Positions 1 to 13,030 of a stretch of 64,000 nt of DNA are shown one piece after another; the first letter of the stretch is position 1; each line of letters starts with the position of its first letter. A program made the translations under genes and the position numbers. Below the pieces are notes generated by a model. That model worked only from the letters and a program-made list of their open reading frames with translations. It was not told where the DNA came from and searched no databases. Source of the DNA: Eledone cirrhosa (taxonomy: Eukaryota). The stretch covers positions 70,370,001 to 70,434,000 of the forward strand of contig OZ024743.1 of assembly GCA_964016885.1 (NCBI GenBank), in the 5' to 3' direction.

Positions 1-40
<40 letters not shown>

Positions 41-99
41 ATAATAATAAATATATATATATAGTAATAATAATAAATATATATATATATATATATTTG

Positions 100-890
100 T
101 GCATTTATCGTAATAAATTAATATTTATTATATTATATTAAATCACTATATTACTTCTACCTTCAAGGGAAGAATGAACTCTAAATAATGATTATGTTAT
201 TGTACAATATATTTATATTTGCACAAACTATATATAGCGTTATACCGAAACAATAATTATGATTAAGTTATTATACATTATAAATATAGATGCAAAAAAC
301 TAAATGCAGAGATATACCTAACTATTAATATTATTATGTTATTATACAATATAAACATATTTACAAAAATTACGTATAGAGAATTATACTAAGTATTAAT
401 GAGACAGTATGATTTTGGCAAATGATAACGATTATAATCTTAGATAAGAGATTCAAACATGCATAAGTTAAATACATACATATATATTAAAAAAAAAGTG
501 TAAACGTATGAATGATAAACAGTTCAAAATAAGGTCCGTAAAAATTTACAGGTTGGATATTTAAACTACATTTAAAACAGAGATAGAAAAATAAAGATAG
601 ATAAATAATGGTATGGATCAAAGTTAATAATATTCAAAAAAACCTTATGTTATGTATATCAACGTGCCAGCATGTTATTAAACAAGTGTCATTCATTCAA
701 ACGTTATTTCCTTTATAGATGGTTATAAGATAAAGCAATATCTTATCGTTGTATAGGCCATTGAGGTTTTCAACTGTTGATGATGTACGTCTAAAAACCA
801 AGTTTGGTTGCTTACTGTTTTTTCCTGATCTTATGAGAGGCTTGGAATGTAGACATGGCTTTATGAAGGCAGTTTGAGAATAATTCACTT
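100..890 (-). mobile_element. Probable decayed 3' region of a Penelope-like element; 100-540 recurs at ~41750-42175
   Basis: The minus strand reads ...ILLYLITIYKGNNV*MNDTCLITCWH, resembling a PLE GIY-YIG C-terminus. It lies inverted against the PLE RT fragment, and 100-540 is visibly homologous to 41750-42175. Confidence 0.4.
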
Positions 891-899
891 TTTTTTGTT

Positions 900-1612
900 A
901 ATTAATCATACTAACAGCCAGAAGAACTCTTATTAACTTCAACATTGAGTATTGGACTCGCTCAGATAGAAATAGAAACTTTGATATTACTATGGGGCAT
1001 CACAGATCTTCTGCGCAAATCACAGATCTTCTGGGAATTTTCATATTAAATATGATAAATAGAAAACTGCCGGAGATTACCGGTGGTTTATATAGGGACG
1101 ACATTTTATTTACGGTGGTCAAACACAACAATATTGAACTAAATAGAGTAAAGAAAAGTATAATAGAATTCTTTAAAATGCATGACCTTAAGTTAGAAGT
1201 AGAAAATGGTAACAAAATAGTTAATTTCCTAGATGTTACGTTTAACTTAAACTCTGGGTTTTATTACCCTTTTCATAAGCCAAATGAAAACTTAAACTAT
1301 TTTAGTTACCATTTCAATCACCCTAAATCTGTAAAAAAAAGCTATAGTAAATAGTGTGCAAAAACGCATTAATAGAATATCAGCCAATAAAGCAATATTT
1401 GATGATAATGCAGCATACTACAATGATGCGTTAAAAAGAGCAGGATATGAGAATAATATAGAATGTGTAGATAATAATAATCCTAGTTTTAATCCTGATA
1501 AAATTAACGGCATATATAAACGAAACTCTAATAATTATAATTCAAACACCCATACGGCAAATAAATTGAGGAAAAGAACTAGAACTAAATCAATCATATG
1601 GTTTGCATCAGC
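900..1612 (+). pseudogene. Penelope-like element reverse transcriptase fragment (frameshifted)
   Basis: ORFs 992-1354 and 1356-: GLYRDD, VNFLDVTFNL, YYPFHKPN, NHP, RISANKAIFD..AAYYNDALKRAGY and IIWF are typical PLE RT/thumb motifs. Confidence 0.85.
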
Positions 1613-1615
1613 CTT

Positions 1616-1697
1616 ACACACGCTGAGGAACCGAGGTTATTCCATTTCTGTCAACAACTTTCTGGCGAAACAGATCTCTATGGATTTGTACGTGTGT
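1616..1697 (+). ncRNA. Type I hammerhead ribozyme motif
   Basis: acacacg-CTGAGGA-(long stem II)-GAAA-cagat..atttg-TA-cgtgtgt; 7-bp stem I and GUA site. Confidence 0.75.
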
Positions 1698-1862
1698 TAT
1701 ATAGTTATAGAGGTATTTATTTACGCTTTAATTTATATTTTTAATTATCGTGTCTATAGTTTGCCTTTCATAGGTTATAGATTCCATACACTGGTCGTTT
1801 TTCCCTGTTTTATTGATAGCGCACTGTATATCTCTCTCTAGTGTGTTACCTTTTCAACATAT

Positions 1863-1893
<31 letters not shown>

Positions 1894-1910
1894 TATATAC
1901 ATATACATAC

Positions 1911-1942
<32 letters not shown>

Positions 1943-2077
1943 CAAGTAAGTATGTTTTGAAACAGTGAGCGAGTTTGAAATTAGAAAATATATAGCTTTT
2001 ACCGTATTTTTAACTAAAGGAATTTTAGCTTGATAACGGGGTTTATAACCGTCAGATAAATGGAAAAAGATGAGTAT

Positions 2078-2148
2078 TGACGTACATGGGAGTCGAACCC
2101 ACATCTGTGGTTATCGCGACCACTGTGCTACCATTACACCAACACATC
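2078..2148 (-). tRNA. tRNA-like cloverleaf (non-canonical anticodon loop, CGA at 34-36)
   Basis: Reverse complement of 2591-2661. Confidence 0.65.
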
Positions 2149-2336
2149 ACCCATCTCTTTCCATTCAAATTAGAAACTACATTCTTAGCGAGTTTAAGTG
2201 GCAAGTAAGTATGTTTTGAAACAGTGAGCGAGTTTGAAATTAGAAAATATATAGCTTTCACCGTATTTTTAACTAAAGGAATTTTAGCTTGATAACGGGG
2301 TTTAGAAGCCTCAGATAAATGGAAAAAGATGAGTTT

Positions 2337-2407
2337 TGACGTACATGGGAGTCGAACCCACATCTGTGGTTATCGCGACCACTGTGCTACCATTACACCA
2401 ACACATC
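2337..2407 (-). tRNA. tRNA-like cloverleaf (second tandem unit)
   Basis: Same sequence as 2078-2148, offset by 259 bp. Confidence 0.65.
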
Positions 2408-2590
2408 ACCCATCTCTTTCCATTCAAAGGGTTCTAAACCCCGTTATCAAGCTAAAATTCCTTTAGTTAAAAATACGGTGAAAGCTATATATTTTCTAAT
2501 TTCAAACTCGCTCACTGTTTCAAAACATACTTACTTGCCACTTAAACTCGCTAAGAATCTAGTTTCTAATTTGAATGGAAAGAGATGGGT

Positions 2591-2661
2591 GATGTGTTGG
2601 TGTAATGGTAGCACAGTGGTCGCGATAACCACAGATGTGGGTTCGACTCCCATGTACGTCA
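2591..2661 (+). tRNA. tRNA-like cloverleaf, 71 nt; probably not a functional decoding tRNA
   Basis: GATGTGT/GTACGTC acceptor; GTGT-AATGGTA-GCAC D arm; GTGGT-CGCGATA-ACCAC; AGAT; GTGGG-TTCGACT-CCCAT. A box TGGTGTAATGG, B box GGTTCGACTCC, T5 run ~10 nt downstream. Confidence 0.7.
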
Positions 2662-2747
2662 ATACTCATCTTTTTCCATTTATCTGAGGGTTCTAAACCC
2701 CGTTATCAAGCTAAAATTCCTTTAGTTAAAAATACGGTGAAAGCTAT

Positions 2748-2779
<32 letters not shown>

Positions 2780-2780
<1 letters not shown>

Positions 2781-3042
2781 ACGAAGGAATTGTGGTAAGG
2801 AACCAGATGGACCATAACGCACCAAAGTACTCAATACTTAGAGTAGTAGAGTGGGTAATAGGAACAAGTATGACCTCGACGGCAGAGCTCAAGCCGCTTC
2901 GACGGCTATTTCTGGACTAAATAAGAATGTTTAGCCTGGTAAATAAATAGCCATTTATTTACCAGGCTAAACATTCTTATTTAGTCCAGAAATAGCCGTC
3001 GATACGGCTTGAGCTCTGCCGTCGGGGTCATACTTGTTCCTA
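2780..3042. mobile_element. Miniature hairpin element with ~78-nt tail and 3' half of an HHR (family A, copy 1)
   Basis: Inverted repeat ~2858-3042 and tail 2780-2857, with (TA)n flanks; homologous to 16741-16933 and 33654-33847. Confidence 0.8.
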
Positions 3043-3535
3043 TATATATACATATACATATACATATACATACATATATGGGTGTGAGCACGCGCACGAG
3101 TGGACGTGTATATATATATATGTTTATGTATACGCGCGTGTTTTTGTTTGGAGGCTAAAACTTCACACATTTCAACTATAGGTTTCAGGTTTCCCATCCT
3201 CAAGCAACTCTGAAATATTTATCAACATTGTTACTTTATTTTCTTTATATAAGAAACTAATTAAAACTTTCAAAATTATTACAAAACATAAATACTGAGA
3301 AGCCTTTCTGAAGAAGTAAGAAAAACTGACTGAGAGAATGAGAAAATAACCAGAGAAGGAAATAAAAATAGATGTGAAGAATTTACAAATAGAAGTTAAT
3401 TATGGGAAAGAAAAAAGGAAGATGAAATTGAATAAAGAAATAAAAAATGAAAAAAGAAAAAGGTAAGTATAGATATGATGTCATGACTACGTAAATCATG
3501 AATTTATATATAACATATATACAAAAGTCATGATT

Positions 3536-3595
<60 letters not shown>

Positions 3596-3924
3596 TAGAT
3601 AGATATAGATATATATATAGATAGATATAGATATAGATATATAAATATATAGATATAGATATAGATGTTCGCATATAGTTATACACACATATATATGTTT
3701 ATATATGCATACATACCTAAACCTCTGTGCATGCATATATATATATATATATATGCGTGTGTGTGTGTGTGTGTATAAGAAAGAGAGAGAGAGTGAATGA
3801 TAGAGAGATAGAGAGATGTGTGCATATATTGAACATAAATGCATATATTTACTTATACACATACATATGTGTGTGTATGTGTGTGTGTGAGTACGTGTGT
3901 GTGTGTGTTTGTGAATGTGTGTGA

Positions 3925-3990
<66 letters not shown>

Positions 3991-4329
3991 GTGTGTGCGT
4001 GTGTGTGTGTGTGTATGTTTGTGTATGTGACTTAAACTATGCATGATCAAAATAGTTGTTTTGTTGTTGATTTTTCCTTTTATATCATTTTCTAACCTAA
4101 TTCTCTTCCCTTCTATTCTTATAATGACCTTTTCATTCCAGCTACCACATTGATAAGGCTCTCTGTTTTTTCGAACATAATATCTTTATGTTAAAAATAT
4201 TCAAATGTATTGATTACGGCTTTTTAACATATTCATTCTGTTTTAAAGCCAGTATAGTCATGGCTGTTTGTACGCTTCACAACCAAATAGTTTAGGATTT
4301 CATCAACTGCATGGCCTAATGGCAAGTGT

Positions 4330-4605
4330 CTACTACCTGTTGCACTTCCGTCCGAGGAGAGTAATCTCTCCAAATATCGGTCGCTCTCTGACAGCCTGGT
4401 GGTCGAGTTCGTAGCAGTGGAGACTTTAGGTGTCCTTGGCCCTAGGACCACTTCCCTACTCACCACCATCGGTGTGGAGTTGGTTACCCGCAGGTCTGAG
4501 CCTCGCGAGCTGGAATGGCTATTCCAACGCGTCTCCCTCACCATCCTCTGGGGAAACGCCTTCTCTATTCTGTCCGCCGGGGCTGCGGCGTGGCCAGCGC
4601 GTGGG
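4330..4605 (+). mobile_element. CRE-like non-LTR retrotransposon 3' fragment (REL endonuclease end)
   Basis: KYRSL..FVAVETLGVLGP...WLFQRVSLTILWGNA; homologue at 30555-30800. Confidence 0.7.
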
Positions 4606-5129
4606 CCCACATCTGTTTATAATAGTGAAAGATGGGAAGAGCGAGAGAGACGGAGGAAGTGGCTATACAAGCATTGCTGCAGTATTTTGTAGTTAAAAAT
4701 GATGTTTTAAACGAGCACAGACAGATTGGTTAAAACTATTATTTATCTGATGCTGCTATTAACGTCTAAGCTTGACCAATATCTTGTTAGAGAAATTTGG
4801 TAGGCGAAAACATTAGAGACCTGTACAGAGCCGTAATTTAATGACGTAAACCATTTCCCCCCATGCTCTAACGATTCTGCCAATCATCTCCATTAGCTGT
4901 CAATAGAGACTCCTATTAAAATTAAGAACGATGATTTGCTAAGACCCGTCAGCGGATAATTCAAGTATTAATCTTATTGTGGCCAGAACCGAGTTGAAAT
5001 GCACTTGGAAGAAATGTTATTTAACCGAAAGACAATGGCTTGAATGGGTGTAGATTTCAATACTCCAGACTACATTGAAGTATTCAAACAGAGCCTGTCT
5101 ATACGGGTTTCAAACTAATCTTTCACCAA

Positions 5130-6200
5130 CTAGACCTGTGTCATACACGTCTCAAACCATTCTTCCACCAACGAGAACTGCACCAAACCCATCTCACACC
5201 ATTCTTCCACCAACGAGAACTGCACCAAACCAATCTCACACCATTCTTCCACCAACGAGAACTGCACCATACCCATCTCACACCATTCTTCCACCAACGA
5301 GAACTGCAACAAACCCATCTCACACCATTCTTCCACCAACGAGAACTGCACCATACCCATCACACACCATTCTTCCACCAACGAGAACTGCAACAAACCC
5401 ATCTCACACCATTCTTCCACCAACGAGAACTGCACCAAACCCATCTCACACCATTCTTTCACCAACGAGAACTGCGCCATACCCATCTCACACCATTCTT
5501 TCACCAACGAGAACTGCACCAAACCCATCTCACACCACTCTTTCACCAACGAGAACTGCGCCATACCCATCTCACACCACTCTTTCACCAACGAGAACTG
5601 CACCAAACCCATCTCACACCATTCTTTCACCAACGAGAACTGCGCCATACTTATCTCACACCATTCTTTCACCAACGAGAACTGCGCCAAACCCATCTCA
5701 CACCATTCTTTCACCAACGAGAACTGCGCCAAACCCATCTCACACCACTCTTTCACCAACGAGAACTGCGCCATACCCATCTCACACCATTCTTTCACCA
5801 ACGATAACTGCGCCAAACCCATCTCACACCATTCTTTCACCAACGAGAACTGCGCCATACCTATCTCACACCATTCTTTCACCAACGAGAACTGCACCAA
5901 ACCCATCTCACACCACTCTTTCACCAACGAGAACTGCGCCAAACCCATCTCACACCATTCTTTCACCAACGAGAACTGCACCAAACCCATCTCACACCAT
6001 TCTTCCACCAACGAGAACTGCGCCATACCCATCTCACACCATTCTTCCACCAACGAGAACTGCGCCATACCCATCTCACACCATTCTTCCACCAACGAGA
6101 ACATCTACATAACGTGTCAGACCATTCTTTCACTAGTGAGACTTGCCTCATACATGAACCAAACGGTCTTTATACCAACGAGAATTGTCCCTTACACATG
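5130..6200. repeat. 42-bp minisatellite, ~23 well-conserved copies with degenerate edge units
   Basis: Unit accattcttycaccaacgagaactgcrccawacccatctcac repeated in tandem. Confidence 0.95.
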
Positions 6201-6479
6201 TCAGACGGCTCTGATGATAGTTTGTTAACTTTGATTTTTATTCTAATTTACATGTATTCCTTTCTACTCTATTATCTACATAATCATGTCAACTTCATTC
6301 TTGATAAGCAATTTAAGACCGAAATATTATTATATTACAAATATTCACACTTATTGATTAAAGTTATCAAAATTATTCATGAAATACACTCATAAACATT
6401 CACACATTCACACACACCACAAACGCACACACACACACACACACACACACGGACACATACACAGGCACACAGACACACA

Positions 6480-6514
<35 letters not shown>

Positions 6515-6754
6515 AAACACACACTCGCACACGTATATATATATATATACGCACACAGATGTATGTACATACATACATATATATATGTACCTACATCTGT
6601 TTATTGTATAATCGTGTTGATGACCAAAGTCAGTGGATTATCAAACAAGACTCCTAGATTGAATTATATATATATAATCATCTGTTCGTGATTATGTAAA
6701 CACATACATAATCACATACATGCATGCATACACATATATATATATATAGACATT

Positions 6755-6945
6755 GGTCTGCTGTTTAATCAATGGAACATCCTACTCGAGAAATTAACGT
6801 TCAAGTGACTGAACATTTCACAAGCACGTGCACTTTTAACGAATTCTCAGGGAGATTCAGCGTAACACAGTGTGTGAGAAGACTGGTCCTTTAAACCTGA
6901 GGTATAACTCATCACTTGAAGCTGAGTAGAAAGGAGAAAAAGGAA
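6755..6945 (-). mobile_element. SINE fragment (same family as 36608-36935)
   Basis: Reverse-complement similarity (gctgaatctccctgagaa...cacttgaacgttaatt) to 36790-36870 and 48020-48100. Confidence 0.6.
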
Positions 6946-6969
6946 ATGAAATGATCTTAGCCAAAAGGC

Positions 6970-7167
6970 TCTTAGCAGAGTTTGCAGCCATCATTTAGGA
7001 GTGTGGTCTAGTAGTTTGGCGTTCGGCTCACACGGAAATTTATCAGTTTGACTTGCTAAGGAACATAACGTATCCCTGGAAGTCAAACAGACAAATTTCC
7101 GCGTGTGAGCCGAACGCCCAAACTACTAAACCAAACTCCTAAATGATGGATGTAAACCCTGCTAAGA
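6970..7167. repeat. Imperfect ~200-bp inverted repeat; arms include a SINE-head-like segment
   Basis: tcttagcagagtttgcagccatcatttaggag... pairs with ...ctcctaaatgatggatgtaaaccctgctaaga. Confidence 0.75.
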
Positions 7168-7495
7168 TTACTTGAAGTAATATAGAGTTTGGTGCACTTT
7201 CAGGCCAAGGCCAGTCACACAAACCTGTAACATAACCTGAAAAGCAATGCCTGTGCTTTGAATGCTTTTAAGTGGGGAAGGGCCTTGCACTCCTAAATAC
7301 ATACATACATAAATACATAAATAGATGCGTACATACATTCATACATAGATACGTACATACGTACATTTATACATACATACATGCATGGATACATGCATAC
7401 ATACATAAATATATTCATATTTACATACATACATAAATACATTCATAATACATGAATACAGACAGGCATACATACATACATACAAGCCCACATAC

Positions 7496-8160
7496 CACAT
7501 TAAAAGCTACAACAATGTCGAAGACATCCATGTACATAATATAAAAGAGTACTGGTGGAATGTTCTAGTAAAAACCCCAATAGAATGCAGGCATAACAGA
7601 GCAGATATTATGATATGGGACAGGGAGAAGAAAGCATGCACAGTAGTGGAAATTAGCTGCCCAGCAGATGCCAATATAATATCAAAGATTAGTGAAAAGG
7701 AGAATATTTATGCAGAACTGATGAGAAATCTGCAGATACTCCACCTTGATTACACCTTCAGATTTATGCCTGTGATTATTGGGGCACTGGGATGTTAGTA
7801 ACTGCCTCAATACAAATCTTGAGAAGCTAGGCTTCACAGGAACAGAAAGAACACAACTTGTTAGGAAATTATAAGTACAATCCATTAATGGAACAGTAAA
7901 AATATGTAGAACATTCCAAAAATGTTGCATCTAATAACTGCATATACACATGTACAGATACAAAGCATATACACATGCACACACACAACTCAAAACATCC
8001 ACATCCACACATACAATAACATCCATATCTACACATACATACATACATATCTACCTAGTTGATGTTGTGTAAATTGCAATGAGAGAGTATTGTGTCTATG
8101 TTAGAAACTGACTCTCTCTCTCTATTTGTAAAACTTTGTGAAATTATAACACCAGAAGAA
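7496..8160 (+). mobile_element. 5'-truncated REL-type (R4/Dong-related) LINE in (CATA)n
   Basis: EYWWN..KT...HNRADIMIWD..VVEISCP..EKENIY..PVIIGALG; (CATA)n on both sides. Confidence 0.85.
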
Positions 8161-8261
8161 CATACATGCGTACATACATTCATACATACATACGTACATA
8201 CGTACGTGCATACATACATATATACATACATACGTACCTACATACACACATACCTACACAC

Positions 8262-8375
8262 ATGGTGGCTGCCAACTCGTTTTCGAGTACGGCCACTACT
8301 TTATATCCATGTAGGAGAACCCTTACCGATGCGCTGAACAAGTGTGACTTTTTAGTCCAGCCAGCGACTTGAAAA
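8262..8375 (-). mobile_element. 5'-truncated copy of the non-autonomous RTE-tailed element at 29082-29602
   Basis: Near identity to 29082-29195. Confidence 0.75.
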
Positions 8376-8669
8376 GCCTCAAACCACTAACACTACCACC
8401 ACCATTAACACCTAACCACTACTAAGCGCTACCACCACCACCACCATTAACACCTAACCACTACTCCTGTTAGCAACAACACTCAGCCGCTATCATTGCT
8501 ACCATCAAGAAACATACACACATACATACATGATTACAAACATACATACGTACATACATACATACATACATTATCGAGTATGGCCATTGCACGAGAAAAA
8601 TATATATATATATATACACACATATATATATATATACACATATATATACACACATATATATTAAGAACA

Positions 8670-9026
<357 letters not shown>

Positions 9027-9316
9027 GAAATAACGAAACGAAATTAAATTTCGTTTCGTATGTAACTCACTTTTGTATGACTGACGCTTAAACAATTAAG
9101 TTAAAAAATGTACATCTACATATGCATACTGAAATACTAGTGTGTATATGAATACACACACGTATACATATGTAGGTGTACCAAGTCTTTCACTGGTCGC
9201 TTTACAGTGAGCGGCCCAGCTGTTCTGTATGTAAACACACAGACAAACCGGTTTCTAGAGTCATACTGGTTTTTGGGGGAACACCTTCCCCCTATTCTCC
9301 AGAAAGCCAGTCAAGG

Positions 9317-9361
9317 AATATTGAACTAGTTTCGTTGTTGTTACAACTCATCAGCAATATT
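9317..9361 (-). ncRNA. Minimal type I hammerhead ribozyme
   Basis: aatattg-CTGATGA-gttg-taacaa-caac-GAAA-ctag-TT-caatatt; palindromic ACTAGT stem III; outer helix 9294-9389. Confidence 0.85.
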
Positions 9362-9784
9362 TACCTATCTACCGGCCTTTCTGGAGAATTGTAAAAACAC
9401 ATATCGTTATATGCTTTGTCTATGAAAATGAGTAGTGGGCAGACTAATTTGCATAGAGTGTGCGTACGCACCGTTTCAGCGGAGACGATAAAAACAAATA
9501 ACGAAACGAAATTAAATTTCGTTTCGTTTGTAACTCACTTTTGTATGACTGACGCTTAAACAATTAAGTTAAAAAATGTACATCTACATATGCATACTGA
9601 AATACTAGTGTGTATATGAATACACACACGTATACATATGTAGGTGTACCAAGTCTTTCACTGGTCGCTTTACAGTGAGCGGCCCAGCTATTCTGTATGT
9701 AAACACACAGACAAACCGGTTTCTAGAGTCATACTGGTTTTTGGGGGAACACCTTCCCCCTATTGTCCAGAAAGCCAGACAAGG

Positions 9785-9829
9785 AATATTGAACTAGTTT
9801 CGTTGTTGTTACAACTCATCAGCAATATT
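9785..9829 (-). ncRNA. Minimal type I hammerhead ribozyme (second unit)
   Basis: Identical core 468 bp from the first. Confidence 0.85.
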
Positions 9830-10416
9830 TACCTATCTACCGGCCTTTCTGGAGAATTGTAAAAGCACATATCGTTATATGCTTTTTCTATGAAAATTAG
9901 TAGTGGGCAGACTAATTTGCATCGAGTGTGAGTACGCACCGGTTCAGCGGAGACGATAAAAACAAATAACGAAACGAAATTAAATTTCGTTTCGTTTGTA
10001 ACTCACTTTTGTATGACTGACGCTTAAACAATTAAGTTAAAAAATGTACATCTACATATGCATACTGAAATACTAGTGTGTATATGAATACACACACGTA
10101 TACATATGTAGGTGTACCAAGTCTTTCACTGGTCGCTTTACAGTGAGCGGCCCAGCTATTCTGTATGTAAACACACAGACAAACCGGTTTCTAGAGTCAT
10201 ACTGGTTTTTGGGGGAACACCTTCCCCCTATTCTCCAGAAAGCCAGACAAGGAATATTGAACTAGTTTCGTTGTTGTTACATACAGAATAGCTGGGCCGC
10301 TCACTGTAAAGCGACCAGTGAAAGACTTGGTACACCTACATATGTATACGTGTGTGTATTCATATACACACTAATATTTCAGTATGCATATGTAGATGTA
10401 CATTTTTTAACTTAAT

Positions 10417-10477
<61 letters not shown>

Positions 10478-10509
10478 GCACACACACGCACACACATAAA
10501 CATATCACA

Positions 10510-12295
10510 CATACGCTGCATGTCAGCACCATAGGAGGACCTTCGCCATCTGGAAGTGCAACAACAATGCCCTTCCTCACATCCCGCTTTACTTTCTCGC
10601 ATGCGATTCGAGATGCCTCAAAGGCAACTTTTCTCTCATATACAGTTTTTCTCTATTTATTACGATAAGCAGCAATATTTTCCCATGTATCAGCAGAGAT
10701 GTTAGCGTCTTTCAAAGAGGCTTTCAAAGAATCCTTATACCTCTTTTTTGGTTAATGTGGCGGTCGTTTTCCTTTAACTAACTCTCCATAAAAGAGCTGT
10801 TTTGATATTCTAGAATCCTTCATCCTGGCAAGGTGACCACTCCAACGGAGTCGTTGCTTAAGCACAAGAGCTTCTATACTGTCACACATAGGGCTTTCCA
10901 AAATCTCGACATCACTGGTGTGGTCCCTCCAGTGAACGCCATGGATCCGTCTGAGACACATCTGATGGAAACGCTCCAATTGCTTAAGGTGGTGTCGATA
11001 TGTGACCCAGGTCTCGCAGGCATAAAGAAGAGAAGAGAGCACACATGCCCTGTACACCTTTACCTTTGTCCTCCTGCATATATCTCGCCGACCCCAGAGT
11101 CGCCTTTCTAGCTTTCCGAAAGCATCACTTGCTTTCCTAATCCTAAGTGAGATTTCACTGTCAAGGTTGCTGTTTCGATTGACAGTGCTTCCCAGGTAGA
11201 CAAACTGATCAACCACTCAAAGCCGTTTACCATACACATAGATATTTGGTTCACTGTACTGCTTACCAGGGGCAGGTTGGTACATGACGACGGTTTTCTT
11301 GAGACTGACAGTCAATCCAAGGGCAGTGCAAGCGTCTGTAAATGCATTAAAAATGTGCTGCATATCACTCTCTGTGTGCGCTACAAGATCGCAATCATCT
11401 GCATACAAGAGGTCTCTTATGATTGATGTAAATAATTTTTTCTTTGCAGCAAAGCGTCTGATGTTAAATATGCTGCCTGAGGTTCGATATCGGATGTAAA
11501 CACCATGCTCGCAATTCCTGAATGCAATACAGAAAACCATTGCAAAGTATACGGCAAAGAGGGTCGGTGCTGGAATATCCCCCTGTTTCACTCCATTTTT
11601 TACTGAGATAGGCTCCGACATGTTACCTCCGACATTAACCCAAGCTTTCATGTCGTCATGGAAAGACCTAACTAAAGCAAGGAACTTATCAGGGCAACCA
11701 AGTTTCTGGAGAACCTTCCATAATGCATTTCTGTTAACAGTATCGAAAGCTTTTGTCAGATCGACAAAAACCTGGTACAGATCCAAACCTTGTTCCATGC
11801 ACTTCTCCTGGGGCTGTCTAGCTGAGAAGATCGTATCAGTAGTGCTGCGTCTAGCACGAAAACCAGATTGACTTTCAGGAAGAACACAATCTGTAATGTG
11901 TGTCAGCAGACGGTCCAGAATCACCCTACATAAAACTTTCCCTACGACAGAAAGCAATGATATACCTCTGTAGTTCCCACAAATATTCCTGTTACCCTTT
12001 CCCTTGTATGAGACCACCATTACTGCATCTATCCAGTCCTCAGGTACGGATTCATTAGCCCATATCCTGCCAAACAAAGAGCGAAGATGTTGCAGGAGTC
12101 TCTCACCACCATATTGTAGGATCTCAGCATGTATGCCATCCATACCTGGAGACCTTCCACTGTTCAGCTTCGAGATAGCGACTGTAACCTCCACAAGCGT
12201 CGGAGGTTCTGCAAGAGGTACTTTCACGGGACTTTCTGGAATGAGATTGAGGAAATTCTCATTGACGACAGACGGCTGATTCAAAAGATCATCAA
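10510..12295 (-). mobile_element. 5'-truncated, frameshifted RTE LINE (same family as 25148-28693)
   Basis: ORFs 11217-12320 and 10752-11216 contain NYRGISLLS, FVDLTKAFD, GVKQG and LYADD; high identity to the intact copy. Confidence 0.92.
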
Positions 12296-12322
12296 TACAT
12301 ACATACTCACATACATACATAC

Positions 12323-13030
12323 ATATCGGGGCTATCGTAAAACGATAGCCCCGATAATAAACACATTAAAAGCTACAGCAATGTGGAAGACATCCATATA
12401 CATAATATGAAAGAGTACTGGTGGAATGTTCCAGTAAAAACCTCAATAAAATGCAGGCATAACAGACGAGATATTATGATATGTGATAGGGAGAAGAAAG
12501 CATGCACAGTAGTGGATATTTGCTGCCCAGCAGATGCCAATATAATATCAAAGATTAGTGAAAAGGAGAATATTTATGCAGAACTGATGTGGAATCTGCA
12601 GATACTCCACCCTGATTATACCTTCAGATTTATGCCTGTGATTATTGGGGAACTGGGGTATGTTAGTAACTGCCTCTATACAAATCTTGAGAAGCTAGGC
12701 TTCACAGGAACAGAAAGGACACAACTAGTTAGGAAATTACAAGTACAATCCATTAATAGAACAGTAAAAATATGTAAAACATTCCCAAACTTTTGCATCT
12801 AATAACTGCATATACACATGTACAGATACAAAGCATATACACATGCACACATACAACTCAAAACATACACATCCACAGATACAATAACATCCATATCTAC
12901 ACATGCATGCATAAATAATCTACCTAGTTGATGTTGTGTAAATTCTAACGAGAGAGTCTTGTGTTTATGTTAGAAACCGACTCTCTCTCAATTGGAAAAA
13001 AAAAATTGTGAAATTATAAAACCAGAACAT
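12323..13030 (+). mobile_element. 5'-truncated REL-type LINE (same family as 7496-8160) with 15-bp 5' foldback
   Basis: ORF 12383-12802; tatcggggctatcgt-aaa-acgatagccccgata at the 5' junction; (CATA)n flanks. Confidence 0.85.

Larger units (their letters stand above)
1943..2759. mobile_element. (TA)n-embedded foldback element of tandem 259-bp units, each with a tRNA-like cloverleaf
   Basis: Units start at 1943 and 2202. Inversion junction at 2428/2429, with an inverted arm to 2759. The left end has a ~37-nt tail; both flanks are (TA)n. Confidence 0.85.

Noticed and set aside
2591-2661. Genuine tRNA-Ser(CGA) gene
   Set aside because: G33 and U37 are non-canonical, there is no long variable arm, the acceptor stem has three G-U pairs, and it sits inside a repeated mobile unit; kept only as tRNA-like.
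5075-6112. 345-aa and 324-aa repeat ORFs
   Set aside because: By-product of a stop-free 42-bp tandem repeat; non-ATG starts and no domain.
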